Part shown: piece by piece, positions 16,676 through 24,777 of the stretch
How positions within the stretch are numbered: position 1 is the stretch's first letter
Layout: every line of letters starts with the position of its first letter
NCBI GenBank assembly: GCA_026625185.1
Contig: CP113000.1
Span: 1,425,622 to 1,457,621, forward strand
DNA from: Thermodesulfobacteriota bacterium
GTDB taxonomy: Bacteria; Desulfobacterota; WTBG01; JAGOGO01
Length of the DNA stretch: 32,000 nucleotides
Direction of reading: 5' to 3'
Position numbers and translations under genes: made by a program
Notes under the pieces: model-generated
The model's database searches: none
The model's input: the letters and a program-made list of their open reading frames with translations, nothing else
Told to the model about the DNA's origin: nothing

Positions 16676-17347
16676 CCTTCCTCCCGGGTATCTATCCACT
16701 GCCCATATCTCTCGGTTTGTGATCCTACATTCGGAGATGAGGGAACACACCAAAACAAAGAGTCCGGCATAAAAAATCAGACGTAAGTTGCCTTGAAAAC
16801 TGCAGTTTCGAAACCAACAAAAGTAGAGTGGGACAATGATCATAAAATAGCTTGAACAGTACAAAAAGTTCAGCATGGATGCCCATTTGTCTATTTCAAT
16901 TTGAATGGATCCCACTTCCTTATCAGGAGCTGCCCTCCGCAGCAAACGCTGGGAGTCCAATTGGAAAATAACCTCCCACGCCCTGATGGTTCCGAGTCTT
17001 TTGGTCAATTTCTCTCTATTGTCAGCCCTCCTGATAGTATAGGAGAAGACAATTAAAAACCCAAAAAACCTTACAATGGATCCCGTGTGCAAAGCGTAGA
17101 TTGCTAAACCGGTGAGAATTGCGATCAGCAATACCAATGTAAAAAAGACATTGTCCGGGAGAGAAACAGCTTGAGGGGGTTTGAGGATTATGGACAAAAC
17201 TGGATGGGATCCGGGGGGTGCTGCCGGATGGTATTCGGCTTTTATGGCCCAGACAACAAGAACAGCGACAAACCCAGGTGCAATATACCGAAGAACATTG
17301 CCCAACTGTGCGAATAGACGATCAATCGCCAAGAATACATCATTCAT
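16664..17347 (-). CDS. Cassette ORF: polytopic membrane protein (227 aa), hypothetical
   Basis: GGAGGTGG RBS. Five or six hydrophobic helices. The stop lies inside the conserved repeat box. Confidence 0.6.
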   Translation of the reverse strand: MNDVFLAIDRLFAQLGNVLRYIAPGFVAVLVVWAIKAEYHPAAPPGSHPVLSIILKPPQAVSLPDNVFFTLVLLIAILTGLAIYALHTGSIVRFFGFLIVFSYTIRRADNREKLTKRLGTIRAWEVIFQLDSQRLLRRAAPDKEVGSIQIEIDKWASMLNFLYCSSYFMIIVPLYFCWFRNCSFQGNLRLIFYAGLFVLVCSLISECRITNREIWAVDRYPGGRPRT

Positions 17348-17363
17348 TTTCCACCTCCACTTA

Positions 17364-17432
17364 CCCTACAGTGTTCTAAAAAATCGGCATAAGGCGCCGT
17401 TGTTAAAGAATTTTATAATTTTATGGACGGCC
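17364..17432 (-). repeat. attC-like recombination site, copy F (central part deleted, R' degenerate)
   Basis: The minus strand reads CCATAAAATTATAAAATTC-TTTAAC-AACGGCGCC-TTATGCCGAT-TTTTTAGAAC-ACTGTAGGG. It follows the HsdS-like gene. Confidence 0.5.
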
Positions 17433-17458
17433 CCTTTTTCCCCTCATTGCTATATACC

Positions 17459-18970
17459 CTAAATTGGCACATTGACCGTTTTCCCTTCGATGATTTGCTC
17501 CTGCACTTCGGAAAGGGTGTGTTGTAGGGCTTTCATCTCGCGGTCAAGCTCCCAGATGCCCAAATCAAAGTTCCATCGGCGGTGCCATTGTACGAAAGTG
17601 TCGAGAGTTGGTTGCCCCGGTGGCTCAGGAGCGTCGTGGTGGTACAACTGAGTCATCTCCACTTGGAAATCATCCTGAAATTTGGGAATAGGCAAAAAAG
17701 AAAAATAACCTTCAACAAAACTGCCGCCATTTGAAGTGTCGGAAAGCCTCGCAAATATGCCAATCTGTTTGCAATAATTAAGAAAAAGAGCAAGAAAGAC
17801 ATTTCGTGAAATATTACCTGAATCGATTAAAAAAGAATCAAAATTCGTTACAAGATCGGCGTCTGCCAAATGAACGTATGTATGCCCAATGCTAACTTCG
17901 CGCTTCCCTTTTGCCGCAAACATCACCTCGCCCTTCCTTACAATGTCAACCCTTCGGGCATTGCCGTAATAACGGAATCTTGGAATGGTCATATAATCCG
18001 TTATGTCGCCTGGTGTAGCGTGCAATTGAGCACTTCCATAGGGATCATCATAATAGTAGCCAACTCCAGAAACACTCACAGCGAGATTCGGACCACGACG
18101 AGTCTTATAACCTGCTTTATAGATTGATTCCCATATACCTCCGCGATAGACAAAAAGTCTCCAAAGTTGCTTTTTAAGCTCGGGAGACCAAAAACAGGCA
18201 TCCATCCTACCTGATTCTTGAATGCTGTTCACTGTCGGGCATTCATAATGGAATGACGGGGACGTTTTTGTGTTTTTAAGTTCGTCCGTAAACCGTCTTA
18301 AGATAAGCACGTGTCGATCTCGTACAGCTTTTTCTTTTTCGACGATAGCCTCCATGAGTGCAGAGACGTATTTTATAACCCGATCGTAAGCGGGTTGATT
18401 TGGAAATGGAATAAGGCAGTTGAGTAATGTGTCTTTATTCCAGTTGTCAAGAGCACGAATAGCCCCCTTTATAGATGGTTCTTGTTGAAGTCTGCAAATA
18501 GGATGGCGGAGAAAAGCGAATAGATAAAATGGGTTCTCCTTGGGTATCAGTTTGAGGATATGACTACTCGCTATAGCATCTCCACAGTTGTAAGCTATAG
18601 CGACCTGGCCGACGGCACCGCCACGAGTGTACAATATATCACCTTCAATTATTTTACGTGCCGGCTTGGTTTTGAGAGCAGCATGATAGGCCTTCGGTGT
18701 AATGAAGGGGTTCGCGTCGTTCTTGGGATATGTTAAAGTTGTATAGTCCTGTATGGCTTTAGTGCGGACAAAATTGAAGGTGCTTTTTCGGACATATGCC
18801 AAAGAACCAACCTCGGTTCCCTGAATATAATCCTCGAGCAAGTTTGCCACGCGATTCACCGCAGATGTGGGGATAATGACCCTCCGATACATGGATGGAG
18901 ACCACGAGGTTTCTTTTTCTTTAACTTCGGAAAGATGGATTTCGCTGGGGACGCGCACGTAGTTTATCAC
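17459..18970 (-). CDS. Type I restriction-modification specificity (HsdS)-like protein
   Basis: 503 aa. Two variable halves, each followed by a conserved (I/L)P(F/I)P box and a long helix (CLIPFPNQPAYDRVIKYVSALMEAIVEKEKAV..; FLPIPKFQDDFQVEM..LDREMKALQHTLSEVQEQI). The GTG start directly abuts the methylase stop. Confidence 0.55.
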   Translation of the reverse strand: MINYVRVPSEIHLSEVKEKETSWSPSMYRRVIIPTSAVNRVANLLEDYIQGTEVGSLAYVRKSTFNFVRTKAIQDYTTLTYPKNDANPFITPKAYHAALKTKPARKIIEGDILYTRGGAVGQVAIAYNCGDAIASSHILKLIPKENPFYLFAFLRHPICRLQQEPSIKGAIRALDNWNKDTLLNCLIPFPNQPAYDRVIKYVSALMEAIVEKEKAVRDRHVLILRRFTDELKNTKTSPSFHYECPTVNSIQESGRMDACFWSPELKKQLWRLFVYRGGIWESIYKAGYKTRRGPNLAVSVSGVGYYYDDPYGSAQLHATPGDITDYMTIPRFRYYGNARRVDIVRKGEVMFAAKGKREVSIGHTYVHLADADLVTNFDSFLIDSGNISRNVFLALFLNYCKQIGIFARLSDTSNGGSFVEGYFSFLPIPKFQDDFQVEMTQLYHHDAPEPPGQPTLDTFVQWHRRWNFDLGIWELDREMKALQHTLSEVQEQIIEGKTVNVPI

Positions 18971-20377
18971 TCACGCCTCCTTAAGGAACAAACGCTGAAG
19001 GGTTTCTTCCTGGCCCAACGCCCATTGACGAAAGTCTACAATGGTTTGTGTGAAATCCTCGTCGAGGATAGGATGCCCTTCGGCGTCGGTCATCACCTCG
19101 AAAGTGGTTTCATCCATACGATAGACGGAATTAAAAAAGACATTGCGCTTGCTGGTTCGCTTCTCGTAGCCCACTCGCTGTATGTCCCGCACAAAGATGG
19201 AATAATCCGATTCAAGCAATTTCTTGAGCGCTGAGGAATTCTTTGGTTTGTAAGCGACTATTAGAGTTGTGTTGACGCCCGTCTCTGCGAAAACGTTCGC
19301 GGGAAGGTCAAAAAGTGCGACAATTCGCATTCGTTCCATCAGCCATTCACGCACCTGCCTCCATCGGTTAATTGAGGCGATGGAATTGGAAAGGACGATG
19401 CCGAGACGGCCTTCAGATTTCAAGATTTGATAGGCGTTTTCGAGGAAGACAACGCCAAGGTCAAGGTTATCGCCCCCGCCCGATAGGTTCCATGTCTCAT
19501 ACATTTCAATGATACGGCGTTCTTCCTCATTGCCGGGGCGGTACGCGCGATCTTCTCCGAAGGGCGGATTGGTAAGGACGACATCAAACTGCATGAGGCG
19601 GGTGTTGTCTGGCCAATCATCCCAAGCGCCGGACTTGTGGCGGTCTGGAATAAGGTCAATAAGGGTGGGCGGATTGCCGGCGACGAATTTCGCAAGTATG
19701 GAGCCGGGAAGGTGCCGGTAATGAAGTTTGGCTTCGCCATCGCCGTTAAGAAGCATATTGAGAGTAGCGAGCATAATCATGTTTTCGTCAAGGTCCACGC
19801 CATAGATATTAGCATCGTCGAGCTGCCAACCCTTTTCCTTTTTCAAGGCGTTAACAAACGAAAGAGAGAGGAAATCACCTATGCCACAACAGGGGTCAAT
19901 AATCTTCTCGTCGTCACGAGGGTTGACGATTTTGACGAGGAAGTCAATGACCGGGATCGGGGTGAGGAATTGGGCGGCTTCATTGCGTGTAAAAAAGTTG
20001 GCGAAGTTATAAAAAACAAGTTGGTAAAGGTCGCTATTGGCGGATTTGATAAATGAAAAGTCTTGGAAAGCACGGCAAACAGCGACAACGGCCCGGACGT
20101 GGTTGGCGTTCTTCCAATCGATGGCATCGGCACTCAGGATTTTCTGGTACTGGCCTGCGGCTTCTGCGCGGATGCCCTTCATGCGCTTGATAAAATCCTG
20201 AATTGGCTTGTTGCTAAGAGCATGAAACGCGGCTTCGGAATCTGTGATGAAAAACTCCAGCTTTTTTTTTGGGTATTTCTCGTTGCGCTTCTCGTCAAAA
20301 ATTTTGATGGCGAAGGTTTCAATAAGAATTTGATAGCCTCGTTGGTTCACAAGCGACGCCTTGTCGAGGGTGCGCAA
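18971..20377 (-). CDS. N6-adenine DNA methyltransferase (gamma class, HsdM-like), 5' end possibly truncated
   Basis: Motif I IIDPCCGIGDFL and motif IV VLTNPPFG. Only a TTG start is available, and the frame stays open upstream with protein-like sequence (..SYAELDVITSIATVQLQTALSEVL) but no start codon. Confidence 0.75.
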   Translation of the reverse strand: MRTLDKASLVNQRGYQILIETFAIKIFDEKRNEKYPKKKLEFFITDSEAAFHALSNKPIQDFIKRMKGIRAEAAGQYQKILSADAIDWKNANHVRAVVAVCRAFQDFSFIKSANSDLYQLVFYNFANFFTRNEAAQFLTPIPVIDFLVKIVNPRDDEKIIDPCCGIGDFLSLSFVNALKKEKGWQLDDANIYGVDLDENMIMLATLNMLLNGDGEAKLHYRHLPGSILAKFVAGNPPTLIDLIPDRHKSGAWDDWPDNTRLMQFDVVLTNPPFGEDRAYRPGNEEERRIIEMYETWNLSGGGDNLDLGVVFLENAYQILKSEGRLGIVLSNSIASINRWRQVREWLMERMRIVALFDLPANVFAETGVNTTLIVAYKPKNSSALKKLLESDYSIFVRDIQRVGYEKRTSKRNVFFNSVYRMDETTFEVMTDAEGHPILDEDFTQTIVDFRQWALGQEETLQRLFLKEA

Positions 20378-20444
20378 GACCTCGGAGAGGGCAGTTTGAA
20401 GCTGGACGGTGGCTATGGAGGTAATGACATCAAGTTCAGCATAA

Positions 20445-20699
20445 GAGCGGCGGCTGCGGTCGACCTGCGCCGGGCTGTCAATGGAGGTTAAAGATTGGGG
20501 TTTAAGTACGACAACGTTTACTCTATTCCTCGCGATGCCGAAAACGATTCAAATCGGCGATACCTACGAGGCCTATCCCGGATGTGATAAAAAAGTGAGC
20601 ACCTGTGAAGATAAATACGACAATGTAATAAATTTTAGGGGTGAGCCGTTTGTGCCTCCCGAAAGCGTTATAAATCAATCTCCGGATGCAGAGGACTAA
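20445..20699 (+). pseudogene. C-terminal fragment of a phage/GTA DUF2163 (BR0599-like) distal tail protein
   Basis: GLSMEVKDW..FTLFLAMPKTIQIGDTYEAYPGCDKKVSTCEDKYDNVINFRGEPFVP matches the GCDK..TC..K(F/Y).N..NFRG C-terminus. The frame opens only at 20445. About 200 N-terminal residues are absent. Confidence 0.6.
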
Positions 20700-20705
20700 T
20701 TTTAC

Positions 20706-23700
20706 ATGTGGGGTTTCCTTTTTGCGATAGGGCTTTCATTTTTAGGAAAGCTTTTTAACAAGCCGGTTAAACAATACGGCCCGCGCCTGGAAGACCGGCG
20801 AGTAACCGCGAAAACGTATGGGGAACCGATTAGGCGCGGATGGGGGGCAAATCGCTGGGAGGGTAAATATATATGGGTGGAAGGAAATCAATTAAGGGAA
20901 AAAAAGAAATCGAAGACCAGCGGCGGGGTAACGACAGTTACCTACCATTACTATGCGACCTTCGCGGTGTCATGGGGGTCCGGGCCGATTACCGCCATAC
21001 GGCGGATTTGGCTCAATGATAAGCTGGTCTATAATGTTATGCCCGACAATAAAAAAGTGGCAAAAAAAATAGTTGACAGCATGACCCATTACCTTGGAGA
21101 CCAAACCCAAGAGACTGACCCCTACATGGAAAGCGTTGAAGGCATCGGCAAAGTCCCGTCTTATCGAGGCCAGGCTTACACGTTGTTTAAAAATGTCCGT
21201 TTAGACGATTTTGGCAGCCAATTACCGTCTAAAGTCGAGGCCGAAGTGGTGGCATCGGGCGACATAGTTAATGATTTGGATATTTTTGAGTTGCCTGAGA
21301 ATCCGAATACAGATGCGATATATTTTAAACCGTGGGGCATGCCGGAAATTATATATGCTATAGGTGGTTCAACAGTAATTGTGGTGGATATTTACGATCA
21401 GTCCGTTCAAAAATATTTTCCGGCTTCTGAAAGTGACATTGGAGGGGGTGATTGGTGTTTCGATTTTTTTGGGTACGCTTACGCCTGGGGGTTTGGAGCC
21501 TATGGTTTTGTGACCGTCCCCCTTGTAAAGTACAGCAAAGACTTTAAATACCTGGGGTGGACAGTTGATTATCAGGGCAATAAAGCCGGGACAGATCAAC
21601 CCAGTGGTGGTTACTGCGTATCATTTGTCGATTACATGGGAGTATCATTGCCCTACATTTGGATTTTAGGGGGAATATCGGGAACCGTAATTGAAGGGGT
21701 GCAGCCGTTTATTTTTGGGCAAAGTCTTATGGGGGGCAAAACGCTTATTTTAGACGGTGATATGTGGTTGACCTATCTATTAAATCCTATTCCTAACCCG
21801 GCGACAACTGGTTACGGCTGCGAGGTTTTACAGGGCGCGGTGGACAAAAATGGTGATTGCTGGGCTGTTTGCGGGGTGCCATCAATGGGGCATACAGGAG
21901 GGTTTTTAATACACTGTATGATCCCGCCGGTTGTGGAATTATTGGATGCCCTCTTTATCCCATATTTTGGCAATGAAAAATTTGATATTTCTCCCTCCGA
22001 TCTGGAATATCCTCTTTACATAACTTATTTCCAAAATAAAACAGGGGATGATTTTCTCATTGTGGGCGGTCAACATAGTGGTGTCGGGCGGCTGATTAAA
22101 TATTCACTCAATTCTAAAACAGTAGTTTCCACGCTCGATTTTTCCTCCACGCTAAGAAGTGGCAACTCTGCCGCTTTTAAAAATGGTCCCAGCTCGGGGG
22201 GGATTTTTTGGCTGGTTTTGGAAAGCGGGTACGCGTGGGTGGTCGATTGTAATACCCTCACGATATTACGGCAAGTAACCTGTAGTAGTTTGGGATTTAC
22301 GGGCACTCCTAACCAGTTGCTTATTGATGATGAAGGTTTAGCATTGTGGGGTCGTGGCACAAATAGTGGTTGGGTGATGTACATCGATCGAGTTAGTGCC
22401 GATAAAGTTACTTTATCGAGTATTATAACAGAAATTGCCGAGCAGATGGACCTGACTGCCGCAGACATTGATGTCTCCGGACTGACCGGTATTGATGTTG
22501 ACGGCTTTACCGTTACTGGAGAAACAACCGGCAGAAATGCCGTGGAAACGCTTCAATTGGCGTATTTTTTCGACGGCGTGGAAAGTGACTGGAAACTTAA
22601 ATTTCCACTGAGGTCGGGAGTATCAGATGGAACAATTGACGAAGATGATTTGGGTGCGCATATATTCGGAGAGACCAGAACAGAACGGCTCCTTACCAAT
22701 CGGGAAATTGACATTGACCTCCCCCAAACAATCGAAGCCAAATACCTCGACATTGATCAAGCGCACGAAAGTAAAACCCAATTTTCTACTCGCGTCCCAA
22801 CAACTATGTATTCGCGCAATCGGGAAACAATTGATTTACCCATTGTGATGGATAAAGACCTTGCCAAACAAACAACTGAAAAATTACTTTATCTCACCTG
22901 GCTGCAAAAAGAAGGCGAATATAATTTTAATTTGCCCTGGAAATACCTGAAGTACGATCCCGCCGACTTGCTCACCGTGCCGTACAAAGAGAATAATTAT
23001 TTGTTGCGATTACTGGAAATTCAACTCGGAGCAAATCTTTTAAGTGAATATAAAGCCCTACCTGATGCTGATTATTGCTACATCTCTAATGCAGTGGGCA
23101 CAACCCAGAGCGCAGTTGAAGGTGAGGTAGAAGAAGGAGAAAAAAATTCCCATGGTCAGCTCGATCCGTATTTTTTAGATATTCCGATGATTAATGACAG
23201 AGATGATGATTGCGGATTTTATCTGGCTGCTCGGTCTTCCTATTACTGGTACGGAGCTAAAATTTTGGAATCCAACGACGGCATCAAAAATTTTGACCAG
23301 ATGGGTAGTATCGAAGATGAGTCTGTGGTTGGGCGTTGCCTATCCGCGCTTGGATCGGTTGGGAGCGTGGGGTCATTTGACTTGATTAACTCTTTAACTG
23401 TCCAGCTTTATGATTCTGATGCTGTTTTAGAGGACGCGACGGAAGCGGACGTATTAAACGGAGCAAACATATTCTTAGTGGGTGATGAAATTATACGGTT
23501 TATGAATGTTACTGACAATGGGAGTGGAAGCTGGACAATCTCAACCCTGATGAGAGGATTGCGAGGCACGGAATGGGCGGTGGGGGAGCATACCACGGGC
23601 GAGCGGTTCGTTATGCTGAATGACTCGAAAAAGCACGATCGAATCAAGCTGCAATCGGACGATATAGAACAAACGAGATTTTATGTGGTGATGCCGCCGG

Positions 23701-24080
23701 ATGCCGATCGAGGCGACCATCAGACCATACCGTTTGTGTGTAATGCGGTCGGCAAAAAACCTTATGCGCCCTGCCATGTTGGGGGCACGCGGGATGGAAG
23801 CAATAACCTGACTATCACCTGGATTCGACGAACCAGAATCGGCGGAGAGTGGCGAGACAACTCAGACGTGCCCTTAGGAGAATCCACGAAAAGTTATGAA
23901 GTGGATATTTACAAAAGCGGTTCGGTCGTGCGGACAATAACCGCGACCACCGAATCGGCGAGCTATACGGCCGCTCAGCAGACCGCAGACGGCATTACGC
24001 CCGGAAGCCCGGTTGATCTGATAATCTATCAGATTTCAGCGATCGTGGACCGGGGTTACGGGGCAGCGGCAACCGTTTAA
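20706..24080 (+). CDS. Phage host-specificity / central tail protein (lambda J-like, GTA ORFg15-like)
   Basis: 1124 aa. N-terminal YGEPIRRGWG..VTYHYYATFAVSWGSGPITAIRRIWLNDKLVY is typical of the Phage-tail_3 family. It sits directly after the DUF2163 fragment. Confidence 0.75.
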   Translation: MWGFLFAIGLSFLGKLFNKPVKQYGPRLEDRRVTAKTYGEPIRRGWGANRWEGKYIWVEGNQLREKKKSKTSGGVTTVTYHYYATFAVSWGSGPITAIRRIWLNDKLVYNVMPDNKKVAKKIVDSMTHYLGDQTQETDPYMESVEGIGKVPSYRGQAYTLFKNVRLDDFGSQLPSKVEAEVVASGDIVNDLDIFELPENPNTDAIYFKPWGMPEIIYAIGGSTVIVVDIYDQSVQKYFPASESDIGGGDWCFDFFGYAYAWGFGAYGFVTVPLVKYSKDFKYLGWTVDYQGNKAGTDQPSGGYCVSFVDYMGVSLPYIWILGGISGTVIEGVQPFIFGQSLMGGKTLILDGDMWLTYLLNPIPNPATTGYGCEVLQGAVDKNGDCWAVCGVPSMGHTGGFLIHCMIPPVVELLDALFIPYFGNEKFDISPSDLEYPLYITYFQNKTGDDFLIVGGQHSGVGRLIKYSLNSKTVVSTLDFSSTLRSGNSAAFKNGPSSGGIFWLVLESGYAWVVDCNTLTILRQVTCSSLGFTGTPNQLLIDDEGLALWGRGTNSGWVMYIDRVSADKVTLSSIITEIAEQMDLTAADIDVSGLTGIDVDGFTVTGETTGRNAVETLQLAYFFDGVESDWKLKFPLRSGVSDGTIDEDDLGAHIFGETRTERLLTNREIDIDLPQTIEAKYLDIDQAHESKTQFSTRVPTTMYSRNRETIDLPIVMDKDLAKQTTEKLLYLTWLQKEGEYNFNLPWKYLKYDPADLLTVPYKENNYLLRLLEIQLGANLLSEYKALPDADYCYISNAVGTTQSAVEGEVEEGEKNSHGQLDPYFLDIPMINDRDDDCGFYLAARSSYYWYGAKILESNDGIKNFDQMGSIEDESVVGRCLSALGSVGSVGSFDLINSLTVQLYDSDAVLEDATEADVLNGANIFLVGDEIIRFMNVTDNGSGSWTISTLMRGLRGTEWAVGEHTTGERFVMLNDSKKHDRIKLQSDDIEQTRFYVVMPPDADRGDHQTIPFVCNAVGKKPYAPCHVGGTRDGSNNLTITWIRRTRIGGEWRDNSDVPLGESTKSYEVDIYKSGSVVRTITATTESASYTAAQQTADGITPGSPVDLIIYQISAIVDRGYGAAATV

Positions 24081-24085
24081 TTTGT

Positions 24086-24105
24086 AGGGGCGCATTGCCA
24101 TGCGC
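24086..24105 (+). promoter_or_regulatory. Intercistronic 8-bp stem-loop
   Basis: GGGCGCAT-TGCC-ATGCGCCC lies between the tail gene stop and the RBS (GAAGGG) of the next gene. Confidence 0.4.
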
Positions 24106-24121
24106 CCGAAGGGAAAATATT

Positions 24122-24775
24122 ATGACCGATTTTTTGCAGATTACCGACATGACTGAAAGTCAGGCATCAAAATATCTGACGCACAACCAGGCAAACCACC
24201 GGCTGGCAGTCATGTCTCAGATATTGATTATTGACCGCGATTTAACCGCACCTCCAGGCAGCCCCAGCAATGGGCAGGTCTATATCCCCAAAGCGACCGC
24301 GACCGGCGCATGGGCCGGAAAAGAAAATTACGTGGCGATTTACGATAACGGGTGGATATTTTTAGCTCCGGCCGAAGGCTGGCGGGCATACGTGCAGGAT
24401 GAGGATGTTGAAATTAATTACAATGGCAGCGCGTGGAAACTAAAACATCCTGAAAAGGTGGTGCAGACAATTACCTGCGCCGACAATGTCACCATTGACT
24501 GGTCTCTCGGCGGGATCGGCAAAATGACCTTCGACCGGGCGACGGTAGCCTTTACTTTTTCCGGCGCGGCTGATGGGCAAAAATGCCAACTTCTTTTAAA
24601 ACAGGATGCCACTGGAGGACGGACGGTCACATTCGGCGCTGAGGTGCGCGGCAGTGACGACCTGCCGTCACCGCCGACATTATCATCCGGGGCGAATAAA
24701 CTTGACCGTCTCGGTTACGTCTATAACGGAACGGACTCAAAATATGATTTTGTGGCGATCAATAAAGGGTATTAA
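24122..24775 (+). CDS. DUF2793 phage tail-associated protein
   Basis: Start taken at MTDFLQI, which has a GAAGGGAAA RBS; the track's TTG start at 24095 falls inside the hairpin. QASKYLTHNQANHRLAVMSQILIIDRDLTAPPGSPSNGQVYI..WAGKENYVAIYDNGWIFLAPAEGWRAYV is the DUF2793 pattern. Confidence 0.65.
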   Translation: MTDFLQITDMTESQASKYLTHNQANHRLAVMSQILIIDRDLTAPPGSPSNGQVYIPKATATGAWAGKENYVAIYDNGWIFLAPAEGWRAYVQDEDVEINYNGSAWKLKHPEKVVQTITCADNVTIDWSLGGIGKMTFDRATVAFTFSGAADGQKCQLLLKQDATGGRTVTFGAEVRGSDDLPSPPTLSSGANKLDRLGYVYNGTDSKYDFVAINKGY

Positions 24776-24777
24776 CC

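Noticed and set aside
13459-17432. Could the regularly spaced repeats be a CRISPR array?
   Set aside because: The units are 48-111 nt imperfect palindromes separated by 220-750 bp protein-coding ORFs with RBS sequences. They are not short identical repeats with 30-40 nt spacers, and no cas genes are present.
20063-20491. 142-aa plus-strand ORF spanning the methylase/phage junction
   Set aside because: It is antisense to the methylase coding sequence for most of its length and has no motif. It is an artefact of the open frames meeting at the junction.
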